From contig OZ249448.1 in assembly GCA_965235115.1 (NCBI GenBank), forward strand, positions 682,001-746,000: DNA of 64,000 nucleotides. The letters run 5' to 3'. This document shows, piece by piece, positions 37,347 through 50,728 of this stretch. Source of the stretch: Laetmonice hystrix. Its lineage: Eukaryota. Position numbers and translations under genes: made by a program. Position 1 is the stretch's first letter; the number at the start of each line of letters is the position of its first letter. The notes under the pieces are model-generated. The model saw nothing but the letters and a program-made list of their open reading frames with translations, did no database searches and was not told the origin of the DNA.

Positions 37347-39070
37347 ATGAGCCTAAGCAAACCGCCAAGAAGGGAATCGTTTCCCAAGAGGCTGTCGAAG
37401 GAGTATATAAGATGTCTGAGGGAGAGACCCGTTCTTACTAAAGGATGCACAAGGTAATGTGGCAGTACTCTACCAAGGTAAAAAGGTGGCAGTAGCAGTA
37501 GGCAGGGCCTGGCCTAGGTTAGTAGGTAGAGGCCTAGCTAGTACTGCCCTAGTTCCGCGACCTCTGACCCTACCCCTGGGCCTGGCTCCGCCACTGTACT
37601 GGACATAGATAGACCTAGCTAGGCAGTAGGAGCTAGGATCTATGGCACAAAAGTAGCCTATCAGCAGACTTTAAATGTCCCATGGCATTAGTACAATGTA
37701 CCAAGGTACTGGCAAATATATAACAGGGATTTACATTAGGTAGTAGTGATTCTGCCGGCGTATGGAATAGATGGGTCCTGTTACTGCAATATTGGATAAT
37801 GTCCGAATAAACGGCAGAATATTTTAATAGCGGATTATCTAATTAGATTGTTAGTGCCCCAACCCAAACATATATCAATTGTTTTGAGTCAAGTAATGAG
37901 TCAAACTAATTTAATTCTTTATTCTGCCGTCTGATGGCAGAATAACGACTGCATAATCATTCATTTTGTTTCAGTGCATTCACCGGAGCTCTAGCTAGTA
38001 TCATATCACAGGTGATCACAGAGAAAGGCACTGTTCTGCAAAGAATAAGGTGGAGAAGTGTGGCAGCATATGCAGGTGTTGGGTAAGAACTGCATTAACA
38101 TTCTTTGTCATAGTATTAGTAGTACATGTATCAATTTCTTTAAATACTTAACTTGAATCTAAAATTTACTGTACAAATAAATTCTATTTTAAGTTAATGA
38201 ACTGGTGTTATAAATGACAGATATAATTTATGTAATAACCTGTTTTTGTTCCAGGGTGGTTTTTATTGGTCCGTCTGTGCATTACTTCCATGCATGGCTA
38301 GACAGAGTGGTTCCGCAAGGAACCAGCAACATGGCGCTCAAACGACTCCTGCTGGACCGAATTCTCTTTTCTCCAAACTTCCTGGTCATTTACCTCTACC
38401 TACTGGCAGTCTTTGAGGTGTGCATTAAATAAATCTGTTTTTTTTTGTGTGGTTATAGAACAGAAAATTCCTGAATTTGATAAGCAGCTCGTACTATGAG
38501 GATATGAAACGAGTGGTGTGTGTTTACAGGGGCTGGGTCACCGCGGAGGTGTACAGAGACTAAAGATGGCGTATGTACCTGCACTACTGATGAACCTGAA
38601 AGTGTGGACCGTACTGCAGTACGTCAATGTGAAGTACATTCCTCAACAGGTCAGTCCCACCAAGATTTGTCATTCAAACTACCCTGTATTCTACATTTGG
38701 TGAGACTAAGGACAGATGCATAAGGCAAGACAATTCTTTGAACTGAACCATAAATTTTAATTTTTGTTTTCAGCTAAATTGTAAAGTCATCTTGAAATTA
38801 ATTTAAATATTCTTAAAAAAAAAGATACTCGACTGCCTTGTACGTAAACTAATTTTACTTTCAATACCAAAGGCCTTTGCAGACAGCTTCTTGTTTGTAT
38901 GAGTAGATTCCTTGTTAATAGTAGGAAAAGGTCCCCCCAAAGAAAATCCCCAAATATACCGTTTTCCCAAACAGATGTGCTTATTGTTGCAGTATCGTGC
39001 CCCATTCATGAGCTTCATGGCTCTATTCTGGACCATCTATATTGCAACACGCCAAAAGACTGGAACGTGA
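37347..39070 (+). CDS. PXMP2: Peroxisomal membrane protein 2 (Mpv17/PMP22 family), 191 aa, 5 exons
   Basis: Exons 37347-37453, 37975-38082, 38255-38417, 38530-38649, 38993-39070 (576 nt, frame-consistent). Family motifs: YxxxLxxRPVLTK, GPSVHYFHAWLD, KRLLLDRILFSP, MNLKVWTVLQYVNVKYIP, YRAPF...FWTIY. Confidence 0.9.
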
Positions 39071-40080
39071 TTCATTGTTGACTCAACTTACAGTGAACAT
39101 TGGAAACTTCTACAGTTGTTGTTGTTTTAGTGCATGACATTTTACATATTAGCTACTTGCCCACGATATTTTCATGAAATGTAATTATACATAAGATGTT
39201 TCCATTTGAAGAGTTTCCAAAAGGGGAACATTCTAGTTTAGACTGAAATGAAGAATGTATAAAAGAAAAGGAACAATTCACTTTACCCATTTGTTTAGGT
39301 CTGTCACAACTCTATGTACTGTACAATTGATGTACGTTGTATTTTCAAATTTTAACTTTTTTTGGAAGAAAATCGCATGCGTTGTGAAATTTCCCAAAAC
39401 AGAGCTTATTGGGATATCATGGCATATATGTGAATTCTATTAGACATGTACAAATCTCAATGTCCACTTTTGCCACCTGTCTGTAAGGTCTCTGCTGACT
39501 TACAGTATGACCAGTTATATCTCGTCCATGTTTAGCCTTTATGAGATTTTCGACAGAGTAGTAAGTTTCCACTTGTTTTTCTCTTCCGTTTGAAATTTGA
39601 ATTTTTGCTTTTGAGATGGGTAGATCCCAAAATGCTTATTGTGGTACTGGTATAACTATTAAGTGCAGTTCGTACATCAAAACTTGATAGAGAAAATTGA
39701 ATGTTAAAGCTGTGATATCTCATGTAGAAATCCATTTAACTGGCATTGTCTCGTACAGACAGCATATATTAGGACATTTATGCCAATGGCTGTCAATACA
39801 AATTCAATGGCCGTTGATATAAATCCATGCAGATCTTGTAATTGGAAAATTGAACACCTGATATTATGTGAACAAACAAAAAAAGTCTTGTTGGACAGTC
39901 CCAGAGAAACATGACAAAAAGGGGATCCATCAGGGAAATAGAAAAAATGGGGGCTTCCAGGCCCCCTGCCACCAATCAGCTAGTGAAAAAACAAGTGTAG
40001 GCCTTGTGACTGAAGAATAGCTTGATGAAGAGACGGCCCTTAGTGAGATTTACAAATATTGTAGAAAACAAAACTAAAAA

Positions 40081-40742
40081 TAGACTAGATGAGGAACAAG
40101 TCAGTGGTTGAGGGTACATACCATTACGGTACTTAGGTCATTTTAAACCAGACTAGATGAGGAACAAGTCAGCGGTCAAAGTATACCATTACGGTACTTG
40201 GGTAATTTTAAACCAGACTAGATGAGGAACAAGTCAGCGGTTGAGGGTATACCATTACGGTACTTGGATCATTTTAAACCAGACTAGATGAGGAACAAGT
40301 CAGAGGTTGAGGGTATACCATTACGGTACATTTGTACTTGGGTCATTTTAAACCAGACTAGATGAGGAACAAGTCAGCGGTTGAGGGTATACCATTACGG
40401 TACTTGGATCATTTTAAACCAGACTAGATGAGGAACAAGTCAGCGGTTGAGGGTATACCATTACGGTACTTGGGCCATTTTAAACCAGACTAGATGAGGA
40501 ACAAGTCAGAGGTTGAGGGTATACCATTACGCTACTTGGGTCATTTTAAACCAGACTAGATGAGGAACAAGTCAGCGGTTGAGGGTATACCATTACAGTA
40601 CTTGGGTCATTTTAAACCAGACTAGATGAGGAACCAGTCGGCGGTTGAGGGTATACCATTACGGTACTTGGGTCATTTTAAACCAGACTAGATGAGGAAC
40701 AAGTCAGAGGTTGAGGGTATACCATTATTACTTGGGTCATTT
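40081..40742. repeat. Minisatellite, 66-bp unit, ~10 copies, between the convergent PXMP2 and FKBP6 3' ends
   Basis: Unit AAACCAGACTAGATGAGGAACAAGTCAGCGGTTGAGGGTATACCATTACGGTACTTGGGTCATTTT; offsets 40416, 40482, 40548, 40614, 40680. Confidence 0.95.
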
Positions 40743-40878
40743 TGATTCAATCTTACTCAAGATCGTAAAGTATATTTTGACAGACTTGGCCTCATATGGC
40801 ACAGAACTGTCTATTGGCACAAAGACTTACCCCAAACTGGATATGAAAGAATTGGTATAACAGCGTACATGTGCATAA

Positions 40879-41038
40879 AGGCCGGTTTATAGTCCGTCGG
40901 CCGATCGTCGGCCGACCATCGCTGAACATTTATAGTCCAGCGATTCGGCCGTCGACCGACTGATCGCTGGGAGTTAAGCCTGCGTAAACTTTGACCTGAC
41001 GTCGAGCGATGGTCGGCCTATGGACTATAAACCGGCCT
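40879..41038. mobile_element. MITE, 160 bp, PIF/Harbinger (Tourist)-like
   Basis: Perfect 17-bp TIR AGGCCGGTTTATAGTCC / GGACTATAAACCGGCCT, flanked by TAA and TTA; internally palindromic. Confidence 0.8.
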
Positions 41039-42016
41039 TTATTTCGATTATCAAGGCGAATCCAGTATCAAGAGAAATCTGAAAATTAACAGAAATTTCC
41101 TGTGTGTAATCATCCCTTTGTCAAATAGACAACAGTCATCATGTTATACAAAAACTATTTTTTTATTGTACGTTTATAAAGTTCAGTCAGAAAAAGAAAT
41201 AAACATGAAAATTTAACCGCATGTGTTGGTTTATACACACCCAGAGTCCCAAACAATGTGAAAACTGTCTTAAATGGCAAACTTTCTCTTCCACTACTCA
41301 GCCTCAATTTAAACTAATACTATATTTAAACTAATCATTTATAGCACCAGTTTAATTACTTCCTTGAAAGGTACACAACGGTTATCAGCAATCCCGTGCT
41401 AGGTTTTTTGCAGTATGTGTTTGCTGATCTCGTCTGGCTAATGGTAGTTTGTTTGCCTTACATTCACAACTGGAATTCTCTCAACAAAATGAAAACTTTC
41501 CAGAGCAAAAATGTTACTTGACAATACTTTTTGCCTCTCCCTTCCAGGAGAGTCAAATTTCAAGAGATTCCCCATTCTACTACGTGGACAAGTTATGAAT
41601 TACATGTAAGTGTAACTTATCCACATAACACCAATAAAATAACTTTTCTCAATGAACCATAAAAACAAAACAAACTTCCATTACAATCACTCACATTTGT
41701 ACCACTTGTACAAATGATTACTGTATGTATAAAATAAGCCAAATTACAAGGTTTTTACTGCTGGTACTTTGTGCTAGCTGCTTCATTACCAATCATCTAC
41801 TGTTGAACCAATACGTCCTGGCAACGATCCTCCTGTCGTCAAGCCTGGCCTGGCCCTGCCTAGCCATTTTGTCTTAATATAACATGATGCCTAATAAAAG
41901 ATTTTAAAAAATCTATTTCTAAATGCATGACATACGTACAGCAGCACCCATTAAAAAAGAGATGGTTTCGAGTATGTGGTCTATCCTGGCAAGTTGTTCA
42001 CATGTATTGGAAAACT

Positions 42017-45000
42017 TCAAGATGGCTCCTTGGGTGCCTTGGTCTTGGAAAACCGATAGTGAAGGTTGCTGCCCTGAATATAAAAGAAAACCAAAAGTTT
42101 AACCAATGACCTATCTATGCTTATGCAAATTTTTTAACAATATAAATAAATTTTTCATCAGTGTGTATTTTCACGCTAATCCATGATCAAATCAAAATGA
42201 CTGAACATGATGTATACTTTAGTTTATAATAGTAATTATTATCAATATTTTGATGCACAAATACATAATCATGTAGTATCTTTTGACTTTGGTAGGATGA
42301 TCTTCAGAGACTAAATAAATGGTGTCTTAAATTTGACCCACCTCTCCGACCTCTTCCACTCCTAACCCCATGTCATCAGCGGTCTCAACCAAACAATGGA
42401 TCTCCCCGAGAGAATAGCGTGCAGACTGGAACGGCAGGACGCTGGCTGCTGGATTGTCTAGAAATGCTCTGAGGTAGAAAATGACATTCCACTTGTTATG
42501 CCAGGAGAAGTAATTTGGATCTGGTGAGAGGATCTGCCAGAACCAGTCCCTAGTTAATGGAAATTAGTTATTTTAATTTCTGAGTAAATATGACAAAGGT
42601 ACAAAAAAAAGTGTTGCTTTCCCTTAGCGGTGGTCAGCATCAGCAGAACTTACTGGAGTTGTGCGCGAACCACTTCCTTGAATTCCTCCGATACTTGAGA
42701 TAGCTTGTCGACAGACTCCTGTTGGATTGTTTTGGGAATATTGTCTTTCTGACCGGCTTCGTCACCTTCAAGATCACATCAAACAATCTTCATCTATAGG
42801 TCTGCACTCTATAAGCAAATGGTTCAAAAGTATCGATTACATCAGCCCCCCCCCCCCCCCCCACCCCGACCCTGATTGTTAATTTTAGGGAGATACCTCC
42901 TACTAAATAAATATTTGTAATAATAACTTGTGACTATCATACTCTGGCGCTGATCCAGCACTGCATTAAGGGGGGGGGGGGGGGCACCCTTGAGTGCCAA
43001 AGGTGAACATGTCCAAGGTGAAAAATTTTTGAATTTAGAAGGCCAAAAAATGTTATTTCCCAGCGTCTGGACATAGAATGCCAAGCCTACCAATAATTTT
43101 TGTCACTTTTGGGCCCCCCCCCCATTGGATCCACATCTAAAAAAAGAACTCCGTGATCTTACCAACACTGAGGTTTTTAAACATGCGTTGATATGTATCC
43201 TTCTCAATCTGCTTGAACTGCTTCAGCTTCCTGTATTAAATATACAGAATTTCTTGTTAAACTTGCGAGTGTGTTAACTACAGAAATTGAGCTTAACGGC
43301 TAAGACAACAGGTTTGAAAATTGAGCCATCCAAAAATACTCCATACTTGGAAGTATTTTGTTTCTCAAACTGCCTTAAATTACGAACGTGTCCAGCTCCT
43401 CCAGTGCCTTGCTAATCTCCTGCGGATTGGCTCCGAGTTGTTGGGCCCGTTTGAACGCCACCTCTGCCCGGCTAAACTCCCCTTGCATACGTAAGCCCTT
43501 CAATTCAAGTAAACATTCTCTGATCAAGCCTGCCTGATATCGACAACATCAGCACTAACTTAAGAGTAACTGAGTTTGTCACTGGACTAATTCAGACAAC
43601 ACTCACCTTGCCCTTCAAGTACCATGCCTTGGGGGTCGTGGAGTTTATGTCGAGGGCACGGTTGGCGAAATAGATGACGCGGCCAGCCTCTCCCAAACGG
43701 TCGGCACAGAGGGCTGCGTTAGTGTACACTGTGAACATGGTTTTCTTCTGCAACTGCTCTGCCTCGGCATCGGCCAGGTGACACTCCTCCAGTATGTCTA
43801 TGGCCTGGCAACAGTACGTACCATCTAACTTGTAAGTTACAATGGTCATAACTCACACCATACATTATAGCTTTATGTCGTTGATATTACTACGATCTCT
43901 ATCAGTGGCCAACAGTACGTCCCATCTAACTTGTAAGTTACAACGGTCATAACTCACACCATACATTATAGCTTTATGTCGTTGATATTACTATGATCTC
44001 TATCAGTGGCCAACAGTACGTACCATCTAACTTGTAAGTTACAACGGTCATAACTCACACATTATAGCTTTATGTCGTTGATATTACTACGATCTCTAGC
44101 AGTGGCCAACAGTACGTACCATCTAACTTGTAAGTTACAACGGTCATAACTCACATACATTATAGCTTTATGTCGTTGATATTACTACCATCTCTATCAG
44201 TGGCCAACAGTACGTACCATCTAACTTGTAAGTTACAACGGTCATAACTCACACCATACATTATAGCTTTATGTCGTTGATATTACTACGATCTCTATCA
44301 GTGGCCAACAGTACGTACCATCTAACTTGTAAGTTACAACGGTCATAACTCACACCATACATTATAGCTTTATGTCGTTGATATTACTACGATCTCTATC
44401 AGTGGCCAACAGTACGTACCATCTAACTTGTAAGTTACAACGGTCATAACTCACACCATACATTATAGCTTTATGTCGTTGATATTACTACGATCTCTAG
44501 CAGTGGCCAACAGTACGTACCATCTAACTTGTAAGTTACAACGGTCATAACTCACACCATACATTATAGCTTTATGTCGTTGATATTACTACGATCTCTA
44601 TCAGTGGCCAACAGTACGTACCATCTAACTTGTAAGTTACAACGGTCATAACTCACACATTATAGCTTTATGTCGTTGATATTACTACGATCTCTAGCAG
44701 TGGCCAACAGTACGTACCATCTAACTTGTAAGTTACAACGGTCATAACTCACATACATTATAGCTTTATGTCGTTGATATTACTACGATCTCTATCAGTG
44801 GCCAACAGTACGTACCATCTAACTTGTAAGTTACAACAGTCATAACTCACACCATACATTATAGCTTTATGTCGTTGATATTACTACGATCTCTATCAGT
44901 GGCCAACAGTACGTACCATCTAACTTGTAAGTTACAACGGTCATAACTCACACCATACATTATAGCTTTATGTCGTTGATATTACTACGATCTCTATCAG

Positions 45001-48000
45001 TGGCCAACAGTACGTACCATCTAACTTGTAAGTTACAATGGTCATACCTCACACCATACATTATAGCTTTATGTCGTTGATATTACTACCATCTCTATCA
45101 GTGGCCAACAGTACGTACCATCTAACTTGTAAGTTACAATGGTCATAACTCACACCATACATTATAGCTTTATGTCGTTGATATTACTACGATCTCTATC
45201 AGTGGCCAACAGTACGTACCATCTAACTTGTAAGTTACAACGGTCATAACTCACATACATTATAGCTTTATGTCGTTGATATTACTACGATCTCTAGCAG
45301 TGGCCAACAGTACGTACCATCTAACTTGTAAGTTACAACGGTCATAACTCACACCATACATTATAGCTTTATGTCGTTGATATTACTACGATCTCTATCA
45401 GTGGCCAACAGTACATACCATCTAACTTGTAAGTTACAACGGTCATAACTCACACATTATAGCTTTATGTCGTTGATATTACTACGATCTCTAGCAGTGG
45501 CCAACAGTACGTACCATCTAACTTGTAAGTTACAACGGTCATAACTCACACCATACATTATAGCTTTATGTCGTTGATATTACTACGATCTCTATCAGTG
45601 GCCAACAGTACGTACCATCTAACTTGTAAGTTACAACGGTCATAACTCACACCATACATTATAGCTTTATGTCGTTGATATTACTACGATCTCTAGCAGT
45701 GGCCAACAGTACGTACCATCTAACTTGTAAGTTACAACGGTCATAACTCACACCATACATTATAGCTTTATGTCGTTGATATTACTACGATCTCTATCAG
45801 TGGCCAACAGTACGTACCATCTAACTTGTAAGTTACAACGGTCATAACTCACACCATACATTATAGCTTTATGTCGTTGATATTACTACGATCTCTATCA
45901 GTGGCCAACAGTACGTACCATCTAACTTGTAAGTTACAACGGTCATAACTCACACCATACATTATAGCTTTATGTCGTTGATATTACTACCATCTCTATC
46001 AGGGATCTGTTGATGACAGTACACTTACCCTCCTGTACTTCTGCATCGCTCTACGGTAAATTTTGTTTTTGAAGAACTCATTGGCCTCCTGTCAAACAAA
46101 GGCAATGCCATTTTGTCAGTTCAAATGTGCCCAGTCCCAAAGGTCATTTTAATGATAAGGTATGAGGACCGAGATAAGGAGTTTTCCTTCAAAAATGTCT
46201 TCCTTTTTATTTCGAATGCAAACTTGAATTTAACATTATCTCCCAGACAATAATCTCAAAAAGGTAAAAAAAAACCTTATATTTTATATTATATTGACTT
46301 AGATCCTTACCGTCTTCTCCACGTTTACCACCTTGATGATGAGAGACATTGGGGCTTGCTTCCGTTCTTCCTATGCAAGAATCAAAAACTCATCTCATCA
46401 ATGCCAATTGAAAACTCTCTAAGTGCAGTCTTAACTTGTTACTTCTGATGGTCATGTTGTCATAATGGCTTTTTTTGTAAAGATCACTGTTTGCATCCTC
46501 TTAAAAAACTTTTAATATGACGTGGAATTCTAGCGTACAAAACATTTCATGTTTGGTTCCCAAAAAATTAAATGTTCCACTATTAGTAGATTTGCATCGT
46601 GAGAAAAAAAAGCTCAATCCTATGTTCAGTTCTTACCCTTGAAAGGTTGTAATAATCCGCTAATTCTGTACGATCTGAGAAACTTTCCAGCTCTATCCGG
46701 AACAACACTGCAGAAAAGATACAGTTGGACATGTTCAATCATTCCCTGACCCCTCTGTACAGAAGAAAAATAAATTATTACTTAATAAAAATATCACGCC
46801 AGCTTGGAGTTCGCTCCGTCATGCCTGACTGATTTACTATTGATATAGCCTTTAAATTAAGACAGTCTTCAAAGCTTGTAAAATGACGTCCATAAACTTT
46901 GGAAATTTGTCTTACCTACAGCCTTGGGTGGGATTCGAGGAGGGCAGCCAAGTTCACCGTAGAAATACTCAGGTTGGATTAGAAACATAGAAGTTTCCTT
47001 CTTCTTCATGGAGGCGACAGCTATGTCAAGACCTGGCACCAACTGGCCTGTTGAAAAAACAAAACAAAATCAGATTCGTCACATTACGTCAACGTAACTA
47101 TCTCACCACAGTATGAGGAAATTTCAGAAAACACAATGCAAACATGTACAAAAACATGACTTGAATAACCTGTACTCACCATCGCCTAGTCTGAAAGCGC
47201 GGGGGTGATTATTGCGCTGTAGGTAGGAGGAGTCAAATGGTTCGTCTGCATATTCCAGCCTGCCACTGTAGTGTACTACAACCAAATGATGAGTCACATT
47301 TACTTTCATCAAAGCTTGACACCCAGACAAGCATCAATAAGACACATGCATGCACAACAGATAATTTCAACAGACTATTTCAAGGGATTTCAACACAATG
47401 GATAATTTCAACAGACTATTTCAAGGGATTTCAACACACAATGGATAATTTCAACAGACTATTTCTAGGGATTTCAACACACAATGGATAATTTCAACAG
47501 ATTATTTTAAGGGATTTCAACACACAATGGATAATTTCAACAGATTATTTCAAGGGATTTCAACACACAATGGATAATTTCAACAGATGGTACACGCCAT
47601 GTACATGCAGATTTTCTCGCAACATGTGCTTGACAAGCAGTACATGCGCGGTGCATGTGCGGCATGTGGTATTTCGGAGCCTGTGGACTACAGCATCCCT
47701 ATATCTTGTCAGAACCAAAAACTCATGTTGTACTCACCACGAACCAGTGATCCTGGGGGTACAACACCCCCTATCCCATGTTGAAGAATCTGCTTCTTCA
47801 CGCCCCCATCAGGGGTGATGTCCACCATTGTCTTTGCGATTCGCTGGAAGGGCGACAAGTCCTCGTCATCCTCATCCTCTTCATCGTAATCCTGTGCAGC
47901 CATGTTCATCTCACTGACGACATGGTCTGGCTCCGAGCATGTTCCCATAGCTTGTGGTTCTGGTGGGGGGTCACCTGTAATGACAAGTACCGGTACAATT

Positions 48001-50728
48001 CATTGCATAGTTTCATATCACGGGGAACACAGTTTAACATATCGGGTGATGAACCGATGAATTTCATTGGCTGTTTAAGTCAATGCCAGGTCAACTATGT
48101 CAACAACCAGCCATTAGACGATTACTTCATAGCAACAAAAGGCAACTGAAATGTTATTTTATTAGATTTCTCCATTTCTGTGGGTATACATTAATTGATT
48201 TATGTGGTTTATTGATTTATGTGGTTTAAGGCCTTATCTCACAACCCATGTCTTCATTTTGGACTCATTGAACTAAGAGAAAACTGTGAATGGAGAATAA
48301 TATTCGTTTTGATAGAAGTTTCCATTAGTAATTAATATTGTGTGCAATAACCTGTACTCTGCCCATTCAGCAGTCTTACAGCATATTGTGTGCAATGACC
48401 TGTACTCTCTGCCCATTCTGCAGTCTTACAGCATATTGTGTGCAATAACCTGTACTCTCTGCCCATTCTGCAGTCTTACAGCATATTGTGTGCAATGACC
48501 TGTACTCTGCCCATTCTGCAGTCTTACAGCATATTGTGTGCAATAACCTGTACTCTCTGCCCATTCTGCAGTCTTACAGCATATTGTGTGCAATAACCTG
48601 TACTCTCTGCCCATTCTGCAGTCTTACAGCATATTGTGTGCAATAACCTGTACTCTCTGCCCATTCTGCAGTCTTACAGCATATTGTGTGCAATGACCTG
48701 TACTCTGCCCATTCTGCAGTCTTACAGCATATTGTGTGCAATAACCTGTACTCTCTGCCCATTCTGCAGTCTTACAGCATATTGTGTGCAATAACCTGTA
48801 CTCTCTGCCCATTCTGCAGTCTTACCGTATATTGTGTGCAATAACCTGTACTCTCTGCCCATTCTGCAGTCTTACAGCATATTGTGTGCAATAACCTGTA
48901 CTCTCTGCCCATTCTGCAGTCTTACAGCATATTGTGTGCAATAACCTGTACTCTCTGCCCATTCTGCAGTCTTACAGCATATTGTGTGCAGTAACCTGTA
49001 CTCTCTGCCCATTCTGCAGTCTTACAGCATATTGTGTGCAGTAACCTGTACTCTCTGCCCATTCTGCAGTCTTACCGTATATTTGTGCATGTATTTAATC
49101 CTTCCTCTGCAAACTTTGTTAGCCTTCATCCAAGTATCATCAGGTTTATAATACATTACCAAACCTGTAAATTATTTACAAACCTGATCTCTCCTGGACT
49201 TCAAACATGGTTCCCTTCCCCAGATCTCTCAAATCGATTCCTTCATTGAGCTGGACTCCGGGGACATCTTCATTCTCATCTGGTTCAAGGCAGCACTATA
49301 AACAGAATACAGGCATCTAATTTTTTTATGGTATTTAATTTAATTTAATTTAATAGGTGCATAGAATGTGCTTTCTGGGCCTGATGAGAGTAACAACTAT
49401 AGAAATAACATGGCAAACAATAAAATGCAAGCCATTTTTGGTGAAAAATCCCATCCTATATTATGGGATTTACAGCCAATGACAATGTTAAGAGGAAGTC
49501 CATTCTCCTGGAGACCACAGCCAATGTTGTGCCGTGTTTAGTTTCAATCTCGGGTCAAATAATTCAACACTTCTAATCAGACTTATAGTGGAGCTATGAC
49601 TGGAGATTTGGTCTGGGAAGTAATATTTGATCAGACTCTATTAGAAATATTATTATTTTACTATTCTTCCACCAGAACGTATCCCACCACAATCAATCTG
49701 AAATAAGCCTGATATTATTTTTTATTTCTGAGGTTTTATTATTATATTTGAACAAACCTCATAGTTTGCAGATGAGTCCTTGTCCTCCAATACCTCCATG
49801 GTGTTCTGAAGTTAAAGAAATCTCAGCATCAATTCACTTTACAACGGATTGCCCACATCAACGTCATCAAGTGGTGATTGAAAACAAGTTTTTAACCAAT
49901 GTTGACGTCCATCCCAGTACTGGGACAGTTGCCAGACGTGAGTGCCATGCGTTATGTGTGCTCTGCTCTGTGCTACAATGACTTGGCTGGGCCGCCGCGG
50001 GATTTCCTTCCCGGACCCTGTACCCGTACCTGTTAACATGTGTTAACAGGAGGAGGCGTGCCGCCATTTACTCCTAGTTTTAGAACATATTCAGCCTTCA
50101 AATTAGGCCGTGGTCCAAGACAACCTCATTTTTTTGGTCTGGAACAGCAGGCCGATGGCTCAAGCATTCTGGTACAATTCTGGACAACCAGAAATTCCTG
50201 CGGACAAGCAAGGTTCCATAGGTTATTCAGCGGACAACCCCACCAAAAATCCTTAAATTGAACGCTGATGAACCTGTGTATGTGGCAAGTTTGGTAACAA
50301 TTTTGTAGTGCAGTTTATGAGAAACTGCAAGTTTAAAATGAGCCTATGGCTGAGTAAGTGGCCGGGTTGCCAGGACACCATGGTGGTGGCCTTCCCTCCC
50401 GCAGGGACGTCCCCTCTGCCCTGCTCCCGACCCTGGCGCCGCCTCCCACTAGTCCTCCTCCCCGGCCCGTCGGCCCACTCCACCGGGCCAAGCCAGGCCC
50501 TACACGCCACCCAGACCATCCTCAGCTCCGCGGGGCCACCCTTGGCTCCACGGCCACGCCGCCCACCCTCTCCCAATGCTCGCCAGTCGTTTCGGCCGCC
50601 TGTATATTCTGTAGTGACCAGCTTTGCCACGGGTCGCCGCCGCGGTAGCATTTAATTATTGGCAACGCATCATAACATTCAGTGATTCTCCAATACTTTC
50701 GAATACTCACCTGGGTAGTGGTGTCCAT
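42017..50728 (-). CDS. FKBP6: FKBP6/shutdown-type FKBP-TPR co-chaperone, ~485 aa, 14 exons
   Basis: Exons: 50711-50728, 49184-49295, 47738-47974, 47180-47275, 46916-47047, 46637-46707, 46311-46370, 46029-46088, 43607-43804, 43388-43497, 43163-43230, 42654-42765, 42342-42468, 42017-42073 (1458 nt, frame-consistent). FKBP domain: VHYSGRLEYADEPFDSSY...YGELGCPPRIPPKAVVLFRIEL. TPRs: EANEFFK...KAWYLKGK. C-terminal TYQRMF as in FKBP6. Confidence 0.88.
43807..46002. repeat. Intronic minisatellite in FKBP6, 101-bp unit (96-101 variants), ~22 copies
   Basis: Unit GGCCAACAGTACGTACCATCTAACTTGTAAGTTACAACGGTCATAACTCACACCATACATTATAGCTTTATGTCGTTGATATTACTACGATCTCTATCAGT; it fills almost the whole intron. Confidence 0.97.
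47359..47587. repeat. Intronic minisatellite in FKBP6, 43-bp unit, ~5.5 copies
   Basis: GGATAATTTCAACAGACTATTTCAAGGGATTTCAACACACAAT at 47400, 47443, 47486, 47529, 47572. Confidence 0.92.
48338..49080. repeat. Intronic minisatellite in FKBP6, 48-50-bp unit, ~15 copies
   Basis: Unit TGCAATAACCTGTACTCTCTGCCCATTCTGCAGTCTTACAGCATATTGTG; it accounts for the repetitive MGREYRLLHTICC ORFs. Confidence 0.95.
50340..50650. promoter_or_regulatory. GC/CpG-rich patch in FKBP6 intron 1, next to the start exon
   Basis: Abrupt GC- and CpG-rich segment in AT-rich surroundings, about 60-370 bp from the first coding exon. It may instead be a degenerate insertion (GGGTTGCCA...TGGCAAC ends). Confidence 0.4.

Noticed and set aside
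42845-43138. Poly-C/poly-G bounded segment with GATCC-type ends (similar relics near 30057 and 35335-35512)
   Set aside because: Probably decayed MITEs, but the TIRs and TSDs are too degenerate to define boundaries.
48376-48812. Repeated 62-aa ORFs (MGREYRLLHTICC...)
   Set aside because: Translation of the 48-50-bp intronic minisatellite.
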